NCBI RefSeq assembly: GCF_006345805.1
Contig: NC_043005.1
Span: 10,354,001-10,418,000 of the forward strand
DNA from: Octopus sinensis
Lineage: Eukaryota
Direction of reading: 5' to 3'
DNA length: 64,000 nt
Shown here: positions 37,932-51,390 of the stretch, piece by piece
Position numbering within the stretch: the stretch's first letter is position 1
Layout of the letters: the number at the start of each line of letters is the position of its first letter
Program-made: the position numbers and the translations under genes
The notes under the pieces: generated by a model
The model's database searches: none
Told to the model about the DNA's origin: nothing
The model's input: only the letters and a program-made list of their open reading frames with translations

Positions 37932-39028
37932 TGTGTCTGTAAGGTCTGTAAGCTGTACATTGGTGAAGGATGCAAACATTGACAAGGAAACCAATATATT
38001 GGTACTTAGTGAAATCCTTTGTACTACTCAGACAATCTCTTGTCACTCACTCCTTAGAAATACAGTGAAGTAGTGTTGGCCCCTTGGTAACCTGTGACCA
38101 CTGACATTATCATTGGCAAAATAAGAGAAGAGAGTCATTAGAACATGCCAGATAAAATGCCTGCAATATTTAGTTACAGTTCTTGACATCCTAAGTTTAA
38201 TGTTATATTATCTACAACTCTTTATATTCCGAGATCAAATCCTGCAGTGCTCACCGTTCCTTTTATCCTGCCATGGTCAATAAAATAAAGCACCAGTCAA
38301 GTACTGGGGTTGATTTTATATTCCTATAAAGCATCTTCTATGTTTATAGAATTAAAATAGGAGGAGGAGAGGAGGATATGTGTTATAAATAAATCAATAA
38401 CTTAGACATTCATTTTTAGAGTCTAATCAACAATGCTATTTTATTTTATCATCATCCTATCTATTGCAATTATTTCTAAAAAAATTATCCATAGCTTTCT
38501 TTTTGTTCTCTAAACTATATAAATGAATCTGATACTGGATATAAACCAAACACACCAGAGACTGGATATAAATAAATGAAGTATGACTCATTGTATGGAA
38601 ATTAATGGTGTGAATTAGATAAAAATGGTTGCTATTTAGCCCCAGGCCAATCCTGATCAGACAGTCCTGATATTAAAGGTATTTTAACTATAACTAGCTT
38701 GTCTTTTTGTATATCCAAGGCAACAAATTATCAATGTGTGCTTTGCAATTTTAGATAATAAGATGTGATATAAAGGCGTTTTTGGCTGCTATTTCTGGTA
38801 GGCTGATTGATCATGAAGAGGAGAAGTGAAAAAATGTTTGAAAGTAGGTAGGAACAATGTATGTACTGAAGTAGCTAATGGTAGTTAAGTAATTTTACTA
38901 AAAGACAATAGGAATTTTTCTACTCCACTTTATTTATTTTGGGGGAGTTCGTTCAACAAAATGCTCCATCATATTTATTACTGAACTTTTGTTTTTTTAT
39001 CTTGATCTATTCATGATATGTGTTACTA

Positions 39029-39260
39029 GGGCGGCAAGCTGGCAGAAACGTTAGCACGCTGGGCGAAATGCTTCGCGGTATTTCGTCTGCCGTTATGTTC
39101 TGAGTTCAAATTCCGCCGAGGTCGACTTTGCCTTTCATCCTTTCGGGGTCGATTAAATAAGTACCAGTTACGCACTGGGGTCGATATAATCGACTTAATC
39201 CGTTTGTCTGTCCTTGTTTGTCATCTCTGTGTTTAGCCCCTTGTGGGTAGTAAAGAAACG
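39029..39260 (+). mobile_element. SINE family B (MetaSINE-like central domain), full length with 14-bp TSD
   Basis: TSD GATATGTGTTACTA at 39015-28 and 39261-74. B-box-like GAGTTCAAATTCC. Central GTCGACTTTGCCTTTCATCCTTTCGGGGTCGATTAAATAAGTACC resembles the Meta/Sauria-type domain (from recall). Confidence 0.85.
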
Positions 39261-39974
39261 GATATGTGTTACTATCCTTCTGAGACACAACTAAATATAA
39301 TTAAAAAATAATCAAATCCATAAAGCCAATTCTAGATAATGTAAACTCGTTTTTCATTTACTGTTCTGTATTCTTTACAAGAGAAAGAACTTCCAGCTTT
39401 AAATTATGCAGAAATTCTAGCCCCAAAAGATACCCTCAAATAGGTACATGATGACAAGTCTTTGGTGCTAGTTCTTCAATGACAACAGTTGCAAGAATTG
39501 AACTCAGAAACATAAGTGGGCTATTGTACTATATCGTTCCCTTCATGCACATACATAGATGCTTTCTAAAAAATTAAATCTACTAACTTTATAAATCCTA
39601 AATCTTCATGTTTTGGATATGTTTCATAGCTTTAATTTTTTTAAAATCTAATATATTTTCAAACACATTGTTAATTTTTATGCTAGAGATAAATTTGTAC
39701 TAAGTATCATTATCATTGCCATCATCTTCATCAGCTCCTTTCCATGCCTGTGTAGGTCAGATGAAATTTACTGAGACAGATTTTCTATGACCAGATGCTC
39801 TTCCTGATGGCAACCTTCACTTGTTTCCATGAACAGCACAATGACCAGACATATTTCCAATGAAAATTGCAAACAAATGGCACCATTTATTTGATGCTGG
39901 TGTCTGTTTACAGTTAGCATTTGTTACGAAGACCAGGAGATAGGAACATACGTATGTGTACATGCGCACACATC

Positions 39975-40255
39975 ATCATCATCATCATCATTATCATTGG
40001 GTTGCATGGGTTGGACGGTTCAACTGGGATCTGTGAAGCCAGAAGGCTGCATCAGGCCCAGTCTGATCTGGCAGTGTTTCTACGGCTGGATGCCCTTCCT
40101 AATGCCAACCACTCCGTAAGTGTAGTGGGTGCTTTTTACGTGCTACCCGCACAGGTGCCAGACGGAGCTGGCAAATGGCCACGGACGGATGGTGCTTTTT
40201 ACGTGCCATCATCACGGGGCCAGGCAAGGCTGGCAACGGCCACGAACGGATGTTG
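39975..40255 (-). mobile_element. RTE family 1 3'UTR copy with internal about 60-bp duplication
   Basis: (CAT)n tail on +, GGATGCCCTTCCTAATGCCAACC, and two GGTGCTTTTTACGTG units. Confidence 0.8.
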
Positions 40256-41435
40256 CACACACACACAACTAATTAAATAAAGAAGTGTGTGTGTATGTGT
40301 GCATTTGTTTGTAACTGGCTTCTTTCAGCTTTCGTCTTCTGAATTTCTTCTACAAGGCTTCGGTGAGACCAGACCCATATTAGGAGACACTTGATCAAGG
40401 TGCCACACAGTACAAAACCATGTACTTGTGAAACGAACTTCTAAAACACACAATCATACCTGCACCTAAGTATGTAGTTATTTATTTTTCTATAGGTTTC
40501 TTAATATTTCAAAATTTATGAATTTTGCTCTCAAGTGTATGAATTCTCCTTATCTCTAAGAAACACATCTATTTGTCATGATTAGCATTCCATTGTATAT
40601 AGGTTACTATTTCATGCTTAGAGTTTATCAGGTATATAAAGTTTCCCTAAAGTTGCTCTATCTAAAATATGTAGAAAGATCTAAAAAAAATAATCTCAGA
40701 AATAGAACTATCTCCCTTTTTTGTATATGTCATGTTACATTTTAGTTTTTCAATGTGTATCTTGAGGGCTGTGGCATGTAACTTTTGTAATCTATTAGCA
40801 AAGTGAAGTTTGTTGATGTTTTATATTTGTTTCTTACTTTTAAATGTTCATCTCATTAGTAATTAAAAAAATATATTTGCTTGTTTTTTTATTTGTATTT
40901 TTTTTTTTCTGAAGATCTAATCTTAGTTCTTCTGATGGGGGTGATATCAATTAAAGCCACTAATTAATTACTATCACAATATTTTATCAATTAATTAATT
41001 GATATCAAAATCTTTTATCAACAAATTAAGTTGATTTTTATAATCGATAAACTTATCAATAATCTATTGTAACTACTTACATACCGAAAGCTTAAATTGC
41101 TGTAGAATTAAGAAACTGCAACTACTTTTAGATTTTATTATGTGTTCATTACAGTGGCATGACTGTCTTATAGAGAATTCAAAATAGTAAATATACTTCA
41201 AATAATTCAAGTTATATTTATTTACATTTCATTAACAAATTATCATTGACATCTTTTTTTATGGTGTTTCAATGAAAGCATATCAGAACTGCAGGGCAGT
41301 AAGGGAGCCCACTACATATTCACTTAACTTACTAGATATAGAAGCCAAACTTCCTTCTGTTCACACTCTACCCACTTTAAAAAAGAAGGACATATTAAAT
41401 AATGTAGTCTGAGATAAAATGATGTGGTAGTCTTA

Positions 41436-41650
41436 TCTTTTCTACTCTAAGCACAAGGCCCAAAATTTTGGGGGAAGGGGCCAGTAGATAAGATCAACTC
41501 CAGTATGTAACAGGTACTTAATTTATCAACCCTGAAAGCATGAGAGGCAAAGTTGACTTTGGCGGAATTTGAACTCAGAACATAAAGACAGATAAAATAC
41601 TGCTAAGCATTTTGCCCTGCGTGCTAATGTTTCTGCCAGCTCGCTGCCTT
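41436..41650 (-). mobile_element. SINE family B copy
   Basis: Reverse complement of the family B head and central domain. Confidence 0.75.
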
Positions 41651-42234
41651 AAAAAGATGAGGTAGTCACCACAGGAATGTTTTAACCATAGGGTTCTCCT
41701 ATCACAGCCAACTTGATGGGGATGGGGTGCAAACAATAACAAAATTAAACACTGTCACATATTGCCAAGACTGCTGCTGTGTTCCAAGTAGGATATTTTT
41801 ATATTTTTCCTTAGGCAAAACAACACAGATCAGCTCAGTCAAATTCATACTTGGAGGAAAGTACTACATATAAAGTACTATACAGTCAATGGTAGTAGAA
41901 ATAATGTAATAGAAAAATATTGTATTCAGACAGGATAGCAGAAATTATTCAATAATCTCTCAAATAGCAATAGAATGATCAATAGTGTTAGTTTGTATTG
42001 AGAGATTAAGAACATTTGTATTGGATGAAGAGTAGTTTAAGAAAACTGGGTGGATGTGTTCCTCTGTCTGCTGATATGCTGTTGTATGCAGAAAGAAAGA
42101 GGTAAGAAGTTTCATGTAAACTGTGTCACAGTAAAACCATTATCTGTTTCTGAAAGAAATTCTGATAAGCTGCAACATGTTAATATGTTTACCAAATCAA
42201 ATAAAGATTTCAAATCTCATACCATCACAGCCAT

Positions 42235-42540
42235 ATATATGCATGTGTGTGTGTGTGTATGTGTGTGTATATATATGTATATATATATATATGTATGTAT
42301 GTGTATATATATGTATGTGTATATATATGCATATATATGCATATATATGTATGTATATATGTATGTATATATATGCATGTATGTATATATATATATGTGT
42401 GTGTATATGCATATATATGTGTATATATATATGTGTATATATATAATGTATATATATGTGTATATATAATGTATGTATATGTGTATAATGTATATATATA
42501 TATATATGTATATATGTATATGTATATATATATATATAAT
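42235..42540. repeat. Compound (TA)n/(TATG)n microsatellite
   Basis: Direct inspection. Confidence 0.95.
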
Positions 42541-42748
42541 GAAACTGGATCTCTTCCTGTCAGGTGTCCCAGATGAACCAACTTCACGGCAGGAGGTGCA
42601 GATGAGGGCAGCTGCATCGAACTCTCTCATGCACCAAATGGCAGTTGCTAAAAAGCTTTCGTGAAGTAAAACCATGTAGCAACACCAAATGGCGGTGCCC
42701 TAGCATGGCCACAGCTCATGAGCTGAAACTAGAATCAATCAATCAATC
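42541..42748 (+). mobile_element. 3' end of CR1 family-1-related LINE with (AATC)n tail
   Basis: [32 protein letters not shown] matches the end of the 15890-17635 LINE. The 3'UTR reads GGCGGTGCCCTAGCATGGCC...CTGAAAC. Confidence 0.8.
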
Positions 42749-43214
42749 ATATATATATATATGTGTGTGTGTATGTATATATGTATATGTATATATATAT
42801 GTATATATATATATATGCATATTTATGAATATGTATATATACATATGTATGTATATATATATATATATGTATGTGTATATATATGTATGTATATATACAT
42901 ATAATGTATTTATATATAACCATTTGTCCACTTTTCCATTGCTGCATATGCTGGACAAATAGATTATTTGAGACATATTTCACATCCAGATGTTCTTACT
43001 GGCACTAATACTTTAAATATTTTCAAGTAAGGGATCACTCATTTCACATTGCTTCAAATGCACAAAATGCCTGGAACTCCTGATAGGAGAAGGTGCAGTT
43101 ATTTTTTGAAGACACCTATATCCTCCCCGTGGTTTCTCAAGTTTTGGCGAAGGATATTGAAGAGCAGTTGGCCCTTGAAACCCAAGCTCTTGTAGTATCT
43201 CGTTCTGTGTCTTA

Positions 43215-43620
43215 ATGGTAATGTTGGGATTTTTGGTCAGTATCCACAATGAATAAGGAAATGGAAGATGAATTCAATGCTAAGCTGAGAGATGTGCTGT
43301 GCAAAGTTCCCTGCAAAGACTAGCTGAGAACTGCTGATCTCAATGCAAGACTAAGGGCTTGATGTGATAGACAAACATGGAGTAAGAAAGTGCAATTCAA
43401 ATGGTGAGCTTCTTCTAGACCTCTGCTCTAAGTTCAATCTAGTAATTACAAACACTGTCTTCAAGTACAAAAACCATCAAAATACTACTTGGATGCCCCT
43501 TGGCTCCAAGCATTAACATTTGTTAGACTACCTAATCGCCTGGGGAAGAAATCAGAATGATATCCTGGATATAAGGAGAAAAGATACTATGGAAGACTTA
43601 GACTGAAATTCAAACATACT
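43215..43620 (+). mobile_element. Decayed RTE-type APE endonuclease fragment
   Basis: EDEFNAKLRDVLCKVPCKD*...DLNAR...KHGVRKCNSNGELLLDLCSKFNLVITNTVF...TTW...LDYLI, typical RTE endonuclease motifs with stops. Confidence 0.8.
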
Positions 43621-45342
43621 GCAAAAAGGAATATGAAATATGAAGTGGAAAGGAATTCACCATAATAAATGGCAAACCCAAGTGAAAAACCAACTAGTAT
43701 GGAGAAAGCTTATCAAGTCATGCCAAAACAATAAATAGTTAGTCGTGATAACTAACTGCAAATAATATTTGTAGACGTTTGATACTGTAAAAATATATGA
43801 TCTTAGTGTTCCTCATTCTAGATAAACTCAAAAGGAAAATTATCCTAATAAATATTGGCTTATATGAAGATGATGCGAAATGGGCATATACTGCATGTAT
43901 TTAGGAAAAAATCTTATTAACTTCTTCAAATTTTACACTCTAAGAATACCTAAATTTTGCAAATTTGTAAGCTGTTACTTGTAATTTAACTACAGATAAA
44001 CAAATATTTTGCAGGAAACCCAATGAAAATTTCACATATATTAATATAGACTCCTGCTATCCAATTACAGTTTTTAAAACCTGATTATCGGATATCAGCA
44101 GAAGAATCTCTAACCTGTTATTGAATAAAGTATCAATTAACAATTTGCTTCCCTCCTTCTATGATAAAATCGCAAGAAGAAAGTGGATTTAAAGATGTGT
44201 ATTATTTGCATACACACACACACACAAACACACACACACATGCAAGCACACACACACACACATGCACGCACACACACATGAAGTGGAAGTCATCTCCACC
44301 AAACCAAATCTTAAGATCATGTATAAACATTCAATAGATATGGCAGATGATAAATTTTGAACAATTCTTCAACCATATTTCTTCTTTTAGGGCTATAGAA
44401 AAACAGGAATGCTCTAAAACTACCTTATCTGGAGTGGAAAAGCTTTAAGATATACTGAAAAAAAGCTTTGAGATATATTCTATATATATAGAAACATTGT
44501 AGATTATGTATAGCTGAACAGTACTTTATATACTAAAAAAACCTTCATAAATCTGTAAGCTATAAAAATTCAGAGACCTTTCACTAAATATTGCTACTTT
44601 GACATGCAACTCTTGACCCACTGAAAGACTACACCTCCATCAAACATGATAAATACTTATTTCTTTACCATAAACCATTCTTTGTTTCTTGCTTCAGCAT
44701 TATCTCAATAATAGACACTTCCAATCCCACTATGCCTAATAACACTACACTCTTTGATATCTTCAAATCTTTGTCATTGTATGCCCATTTCCATTTTTAT
44801 TTTCATTTGCTTCTGTCACTTATCTACTGAAGTACATAAGATTGAACAAATTTTTTTGTGTTGTCAGGAAATGCGAATACTGGCAACTTTGAGCAATGCT
44901 ATGCATCATACATAGAAAGCCATTCTCTTTGCTACAGAAATGCTTTAATTGAAGTATTTGGATTGTCATCTTCCAACAGCACGCAAGTTTATTCAAATTA
45001 TAGGCTTGAACCCAATATACCACATTAGCAAGTTTAATGAAAGAAGGAATACCTTCCCATACTACAATCATTATACTTTTAAAGTTTTTATGCATATCTA
45101 TTGTTACATATCCCTTGTGACGGTGATAATGGTTAGAAATGAGAATCTATAGCAATGATACAAGAGGTGTAAGTTCTACATTAGTTCACCTGAGATGTTC
45201 CCATTTTCTATAATCTAAATGAGACATTCACATCCACTGAACAGCTTCCTTTAACAGTTTTTTTTTTATCCCATAGGACAACGTTATGGCTGTTGTATTT
45301 GCAACAAATTACTATTTTTATACTGAAATATTGCATCAGTAT

Positions 45343-45751
45343 ACTCTTACTCGTTTTACTCTTTTACTTGTTTCAGTCATTTGACTGCAGCCATGCTGGA
45401 GCACCGCCTTTAGTCGAGCAAATCGACCCCAGGACTTATTCTTTGTAAGCCCAGTACTTATTCTATCGGTCTCTTTTGCTGAACCGCTAAGTGACGGGGA
45501 CGTAAACACACCAGCATCGGTTGTCAAGCAATGCTAGGGGGACAAACACAGACACACAAACACACACACACATACATATATATATTTATATACATATATA
45601 CAACAGGCTTCTTTCAGTTTCCGTCTACCAAATCCACTCACAAGGCATTGGTCGGCCCGGGGCTATAGCAGAAGACAGTTGCCCAAGATGCCACGCAGTG
45701 GGACTGAACCCGGAACCATGTGGTTGGTTAGCAAGCTACATACCACACAGC
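45343..45751 (-). mobile_element. SINE family A copy (head slightly truncated)
   Basis: Reverse complement of family A. Confidence 0.9.
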
Positions 45752-46154
45752 ATGGAATATGTTTAAAAGAAAAGTGTCAAGACAGTTTGACAGAAGCTGG
45801 CCAGGCAGAAGACAGCACCAGGCCTCTGTGTCTGTTTTGGCCTAGCTTTTACAGCTGAGTGCCCTTCCTAACACCATAAATATAGTGTGTCCGTGCATGT
45901 GTGTATGTGTGTGTGTGTAATGTATAATATAATAATAATGGTTTCTAATTTAGGCACAAAGCTTAAAATTTGGAGTAGGGGCTTGATTGATGTCATCAAT
46001 CCCAGGATTTCACTAGCCCTCATTTTTTTATTAGCACTGAAAAGAGGAAAGGTAAAGTTGGCCCTAATGGGATTTTAACTCAACATAAAGTGGAACAAAT
46101 ATCACAAGGTATCTTGTCTGACACTCTAACAATTCTGCCAATCTGCCAGTCTTT

Positions 46155-46208
46155 ATAATAATAATAATAATTATAATAATAATAATAATTATAATAATAA
46201 TGATGATG

Positions 46209-46263
<55 letters not shown>
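46155..46263. repeat. (AAT)n/(GAT)n trinucleotide microsatellite
   Basis: Direct inspection. Explains the poly-Y and poly-L ORFs. Confidence 0.95.
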
Positions 46264-46264
<1 letters not shown>

Positions 46265-46637
46265 TCAAAATCAATGATCCTTGTATTAAATGCAGTTTGT
46301 TTCAACGATTTCTGTTTATTGTGATCAACAGATACTAAGCTAGAACTCACTTTTAACGACCATAACCCACCAATATTTATCATCTTCCATAGTTTTAATG
46401 TTCTGCATCTATGACAGTTTATGCAGTTGCTAAAGATTGATTCATGGATAACAGAGGCTGAGAATTTTGAATTAAAAAAAAAATGTTAAAAAAATATAAT
46501 TTGAAGATGTGGTTGGTTTTTTCACACACTAAGTAGTCTGTATGAAGTGCATGGAAATTATATCCTGTTAGAAATGCTAAAAATCTATATAAAGAGGTTG
46601 CTCAACCTGCCAGAAATAGCAATCTGATTATCTCAAA

Positions 46638-47038
46638 CTAGCAGTATCGCCCGGCGTTGCTCGGGTTTGTAAGGGAAATAACTATATAAGCATTTTTAGA
46701 GAGTTATAGCCAAAAAATAGCCAAAAAATGCATTAAAAATGGGAAAAAAATTATGGTAAATTTTTTTTTAAATCGTTGACTCATCGTAGACATTTTTAGA
46801 GAGTTACTTCCCTTATATAATAGCGAAAAAATGCATCAAAATGGAAAAAAATTATGTTAAATTTTTTATTAAATCGTAGACTCATCGTAGACGTGCGCTA
46901 ATACCCAGAAGGGCTCGATATGAATCACGAATATAAGATACCCGGTTTTGGTTAAACTGCACCGCAAAATGTGGGAGTAGTTAGGAATCTAAATCGTAGG
47001 AGACAGACACACAACTTCACTTTTATATATAAAGAAGA
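46638..47038 (-). mobile_element. Non-autonomous Helitron, copy 3
   Basis: Colinear reverse complement of 3406-3802. CTAG at 46638-41. The 5' end is ambiguous (47035 or 47038). Confidence 0.85.
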
Positions 47039-49274
47039 TTACCTCTTAATGTTGAGAAAAGTCAGGACTCATTGGCTGAGTTGTCTTAGAACATAAGTTT
47101 GCTTAATTAGGTCTGAAACTGAGTTAAAGTTAAACAACAACCAACTGTGATACACTCAACTGATTTTAAATTACAAATAATAAATGCTCAAAAAACATTG
47201 TAGTCGTGACCATCATATTTAGTGTTAATGTAACTAATACTTTGCTGCGTGACATTAGTAACAATATGTATATGTGTTTGTATAATTTCTTTTTTAAGAG
47301 ATTAAGGTACAATTTGTGGAAACTTATCTGCTGTTTCAGGTTGAATGACCACAGAGAGCCCCTGTGCATTGATTCAATCAAGTGATAAGTGATATATTCA
47401 GAGAGTAAGGCTTAAAATTCATTATTTCCAGAGCTGAAAATATTCCTTGCTTCATGCAGTTGAGAGACTTCAACTTACAGTTGAATCCTTGAAAGTAAAA
47501 ATCTTCTAAGATAAATTAATAAAGGGAATTGTTTTTGCATCTCATGAAAAATGTTATGAGTTTATCTCTCATTCACCAATAACCAAACACAAGGAGTTGA
47601 AATATAATAGAATTCAATCCCCTCGACAAAAATCACATAAAATCCATTCATGCTAGTCAAATAAACAATGAAATAATAACATCTGGAAATAATTATAGAG
47701 TATCGATATTTTGGCTGTTTTTTTTTACTTGATATAATTTCATCTGACAAAATCACAAATGTTTGGGTGCTTTTTCCCTCCAGTATTTGAGGTATTCACT
47801 CTGCTCAAATCCATTTTTAATCAACATTCTTTTGAAACTTTTACCAGTTCTATTTTTGGCATTTTCAGTCTTTGTTTTACGTTTAATTCTTTCTTCAAGT
47901 TTCTTAAATCCTTTTCTGTTCTTTTTTGTAATTTATATAAGTGGCCTTTTCAATATTCTATAGGTTTCTTTTCTTTTTTAACTCCTTCTTCATATTTTAT
48001 TCCATTTGTTTTTGTAATTATTTTTAATCCCTGTACATTCTTGCAGTTGTTTGAATCCATAAAATAAAGATGTGATGAAACTGGACACATTAATCATTTT
48101 AACCACTATATTCTAGACTGGGCCTGATGCAGCCTTCTGGCTTTTCAGAACCCAGTTGAACCGTCCAACCCATGCTAGCATGGAAAGCAGATGCTAAATG
48201 ATGATGATGATGATGATTCTGTTATCAGCTACTTCTACTGTCTCTTCATGTAATGGTTTGTAAAATAATGCACAGGACTATGAATATAGGCGAAGTGGGT
48301 TAGTCAATTAAATTAACTTTAGTTCGTCAACTTCAGCAAGAATCAAACTCTAAATGTAGAGCTATGTAACTAAATACCTCTAAGCATTTTGTCCATTGCT
48401 CTGCAAATTCTGCAAATTACTCTAATAACCAGGTTCATTGTTTCCTATGATAAAATTCATATTACTTAGTTGCAAACTTTATCTGTATTGATTTCTCTTG
48501 ACTTGCCAAAAGCCTTTAGTCTGTCTGATATTTATTTATTTAATCAATCCCTCAAAAGCATGAAAAGCTTTGTTATTATAAAATTTGAACTCAGAACCAA
48601 AGGGCACAAAAGACAGACAGACAGACAGACACACACACACACACACACACACACACGTAATTTTCATATGATGATTATGATAAAATGATCAAGTATCAAA
48701 GAAGTTGGGTAAGAAAATGCTGGAAAGCAATAAGATTTATAATGAGTAGTTTATCAAATCTGGCTCAAGTAACCAGAGGATGAGTGTAGAAGAAATGAAG
48801 TATTAAGCCTGTATATAGACTTTGGTTGGCATTTAATTACACTGATTCTTACACAGAAACAACTAATTAGTGTATTTAATTCAGTGACATTCACAACCTC
48901 ATTCCAAATTTCATCCCCAAAAAATCTTTTCCACAGTTAATTAAACTTAGTATTGTTGGAACTGTCCTTGGATTATCCCCCTCCGGTACTAATTATATCT
49001 TCCTAATTACTGTGAGATGCTTGAACAGTCATATAGAACTACTTTATCCTTGTTTGTAACACAAGATTGATATTTTGTATGTATAAAGGCAAACTGCATA
49101 AGCTGGGTTTCAGAAATAATTATGCTGAATGTTTGTGAAACAAATGATGTACTGAAACTTGCTATAATCAGGAAGAAATGATTAGTATATGATCTGCTGA
49201 ATGTTTAATGCCAAATGACAGAGAAAATTGAGTTGCAAAATCAATTGACCAGTGTATGTTGGAGACTGCAGTAT

Positions 49275-49531
49275 CTCTTGTGAAAGGTAAGAGAGTCCAG
49301 TTTGCTGGACATTGTTGTAGAGCTGAAAAAGAGGTAATTTCTACTCTTCTCCTCTGGAAGCCATCTACTCGCAATACCAGAGGGCGCACACTCTCCTACC
49401 CTGATGTAATCTCCAGGGATACAGGCATCCAGCAACGGGACCTCCGTAATGCCATGATGGGCCGTGAAGTCTGGCGTAGCATGGTAAATTCCATTGTCTC
49501 GACCACGGTCAAACAATGATGATGATGATGA
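49275..49531 (+). mobile_element. RTE family 2, 5'-truncated, with 8-bp TSD
   Basis: LVKGKRVQFAGHCCRAEKEVISTLLLWKP...DTG...VWRSMVN* + (GAT)n. TSD TGCAGTAT at 49267-74 and 49532-39. Confidence 0.9.
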
Positions 49532-50194
49532 TGCAGTATGGTCTTGCAGCTCAAACATCTAACAAATGCTTGTTGTATATAAGAAAAGTGATGAAGAATC
49601 AGTAAGGAAAGAAAGAAAACAACTAAATGCTGCAGAGTACTTTATCCAAAGCTCAATTTTTCTTTCTGCTACCTTCTGTGCGTTTTGTGCATTTGTTAAG
49701 GAGAAAACTTAAATGTAAATCATACATACATGCACATATATGCATACCTGCTGCACACACACGCATGCATGCCTATACACCTGCTTGCAAGCATATGCAA
49801 TAAAACAGGTCAGCTCTGAATTTCTGTGTTGTTAATGAGCAAAGAATTATCATGTAAATTCCACAAATGCTCAGCATTTCTATCTAGAGATGTGAACATT
49901 CCAGTTTAAGCATAGTATCTTTAAAGAATATATCTGTGTTCTGCTCTCCATGTCAGCTGTTAGCTGTCAGTACACTTCAAAATTCCATGCTTCCCAAAAT
50001 TTGTCCACATTATTCTAGATGTGCCTATGCTCCCTTTCCTATCCCTATGGTTCTCTTACTTTGCATTTTTTTAATGTTTTTTTTATATTGTTCCCTGTGC
50101 TCTATGTATGTATTTTTGGGTGTCTTTCTTTACTTATTGCTGCTTTTTGTCCCCTCTTTTACTATTTTCTAATGAGTTGTGGTGCACATGAGAA

Positions 50195-50298
<104 letters not shown>

Positions 50299-50713
50299 TA
50301 AAACTATCTAGATTTACCAGCAGTCCAAGATGCCCACAAACTTCTTACAGGCCTAATACTTTTCTTTCTGCTTTATAACAGCAAGACTGTCAATAGATGC
50401 AGCTAGAGTACTCATAAAAAAAAAATTAGTTTGATTCATCAAAATACAGAAAACTTTCTATTTAACAGACAAATAAAGAAGGTGTATCTTTTATGAAAAG
50501 TCTGTTTAATAAAAAGTAACCTGTAGGGCATTTTTATTGTTTTGCAAGTAAAAATGAATATTTGAATGTAATATGTACTAATGCATAGTATAAAGGTGCT
50601 AAATTATAATAAAGAATTTTTACTTTCTTTCTATGACAGTGTGATAGAAGTATATTTTGCTATGACCATAGTGTCCAGTATACTATTGCTTTATTATTTG
50701 GTTCATTTAATCA

Positions 50714-50911
50714 GAAGCACTGCATCCTTCAAAACTTCCATGCTTCCTGAGATTTGCCAACACTACACTTGATTTTCTCCCCTCCATACACACACAAGCA
50801 TGTATCTGACTCATACATTGTTCGCTTTCCAGACATTTCTACATTACTGCATGTACTTTATATGCACTTTCTGACAAGTTGTGGTGCACCTGAGCACTGT
50901 ATACAATAATT

Positions 50912-50942
<31 letters not shown>

Positions 50943-50955
50943 CATTATTATTATT
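50714..50955 (+). mobile_element. CR1 family 2-related 3' end with (ATT)n tail
   Basis: CACTGCATCCTTCAAA...AGTTGTGGTGCACCTGAGCACTGTATACAAT + (ATT)n. Confidence 0.8.
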
Positions 50956-51056
50956 AGAAATCTGTTAAGTTATAGACCATTAAACTGAGAATTTTCCGTA
51001 CTTATAATTCTCAAAGAAAATTAATAGAATATTTTATACCTGTAGCTGTATGTGTG

Positions 51057-51296
51057 TGTCATCATCATCATCATCATCATCGTTTAACGTCCGTTTTCCG
51101 CGCTAGCACGGGTTGGACGGTTTCGACCGGGGTCTGGGGAGCTAGGGACTGCCCCAGGCTCCAGTCTAGTCTGGCAGTGTTTCTACAGCTGGATGCCCTT
51201 CCTAACACCAACCACTCCGCGAGTGTAGTGGGTGTTTTTTACGTGCCACCTGCACAGGTGCCAGAGGGGTCTGGCATCGGCCACGTTCGGATGGTG

Positions 51297-51300
<4 letters not shown>
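51057..51300 (-). mobile_element. RTE family 1 3'UTR copy
   Basis: (CAT)n tail, GGATGCCCTTCCTAACACCAACC. Confidence 0.8.
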
Positions 51301-51330
<30 letters not shown>

Positions 51331-51390
51331 ATAATGGCAAAGTTGACCTCAGTAGGATCTGAACCAAGACCATAAAGGAAGACTAATATG

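Noticed and set aside
43013-43249. Minus-strand ORF with faint gypsy-RT-like 'KPRGGYRC'
   Set aside because: It abuts or overlaps the plus-strand RTE endonuclease relic, and the similarity is only a few residues.
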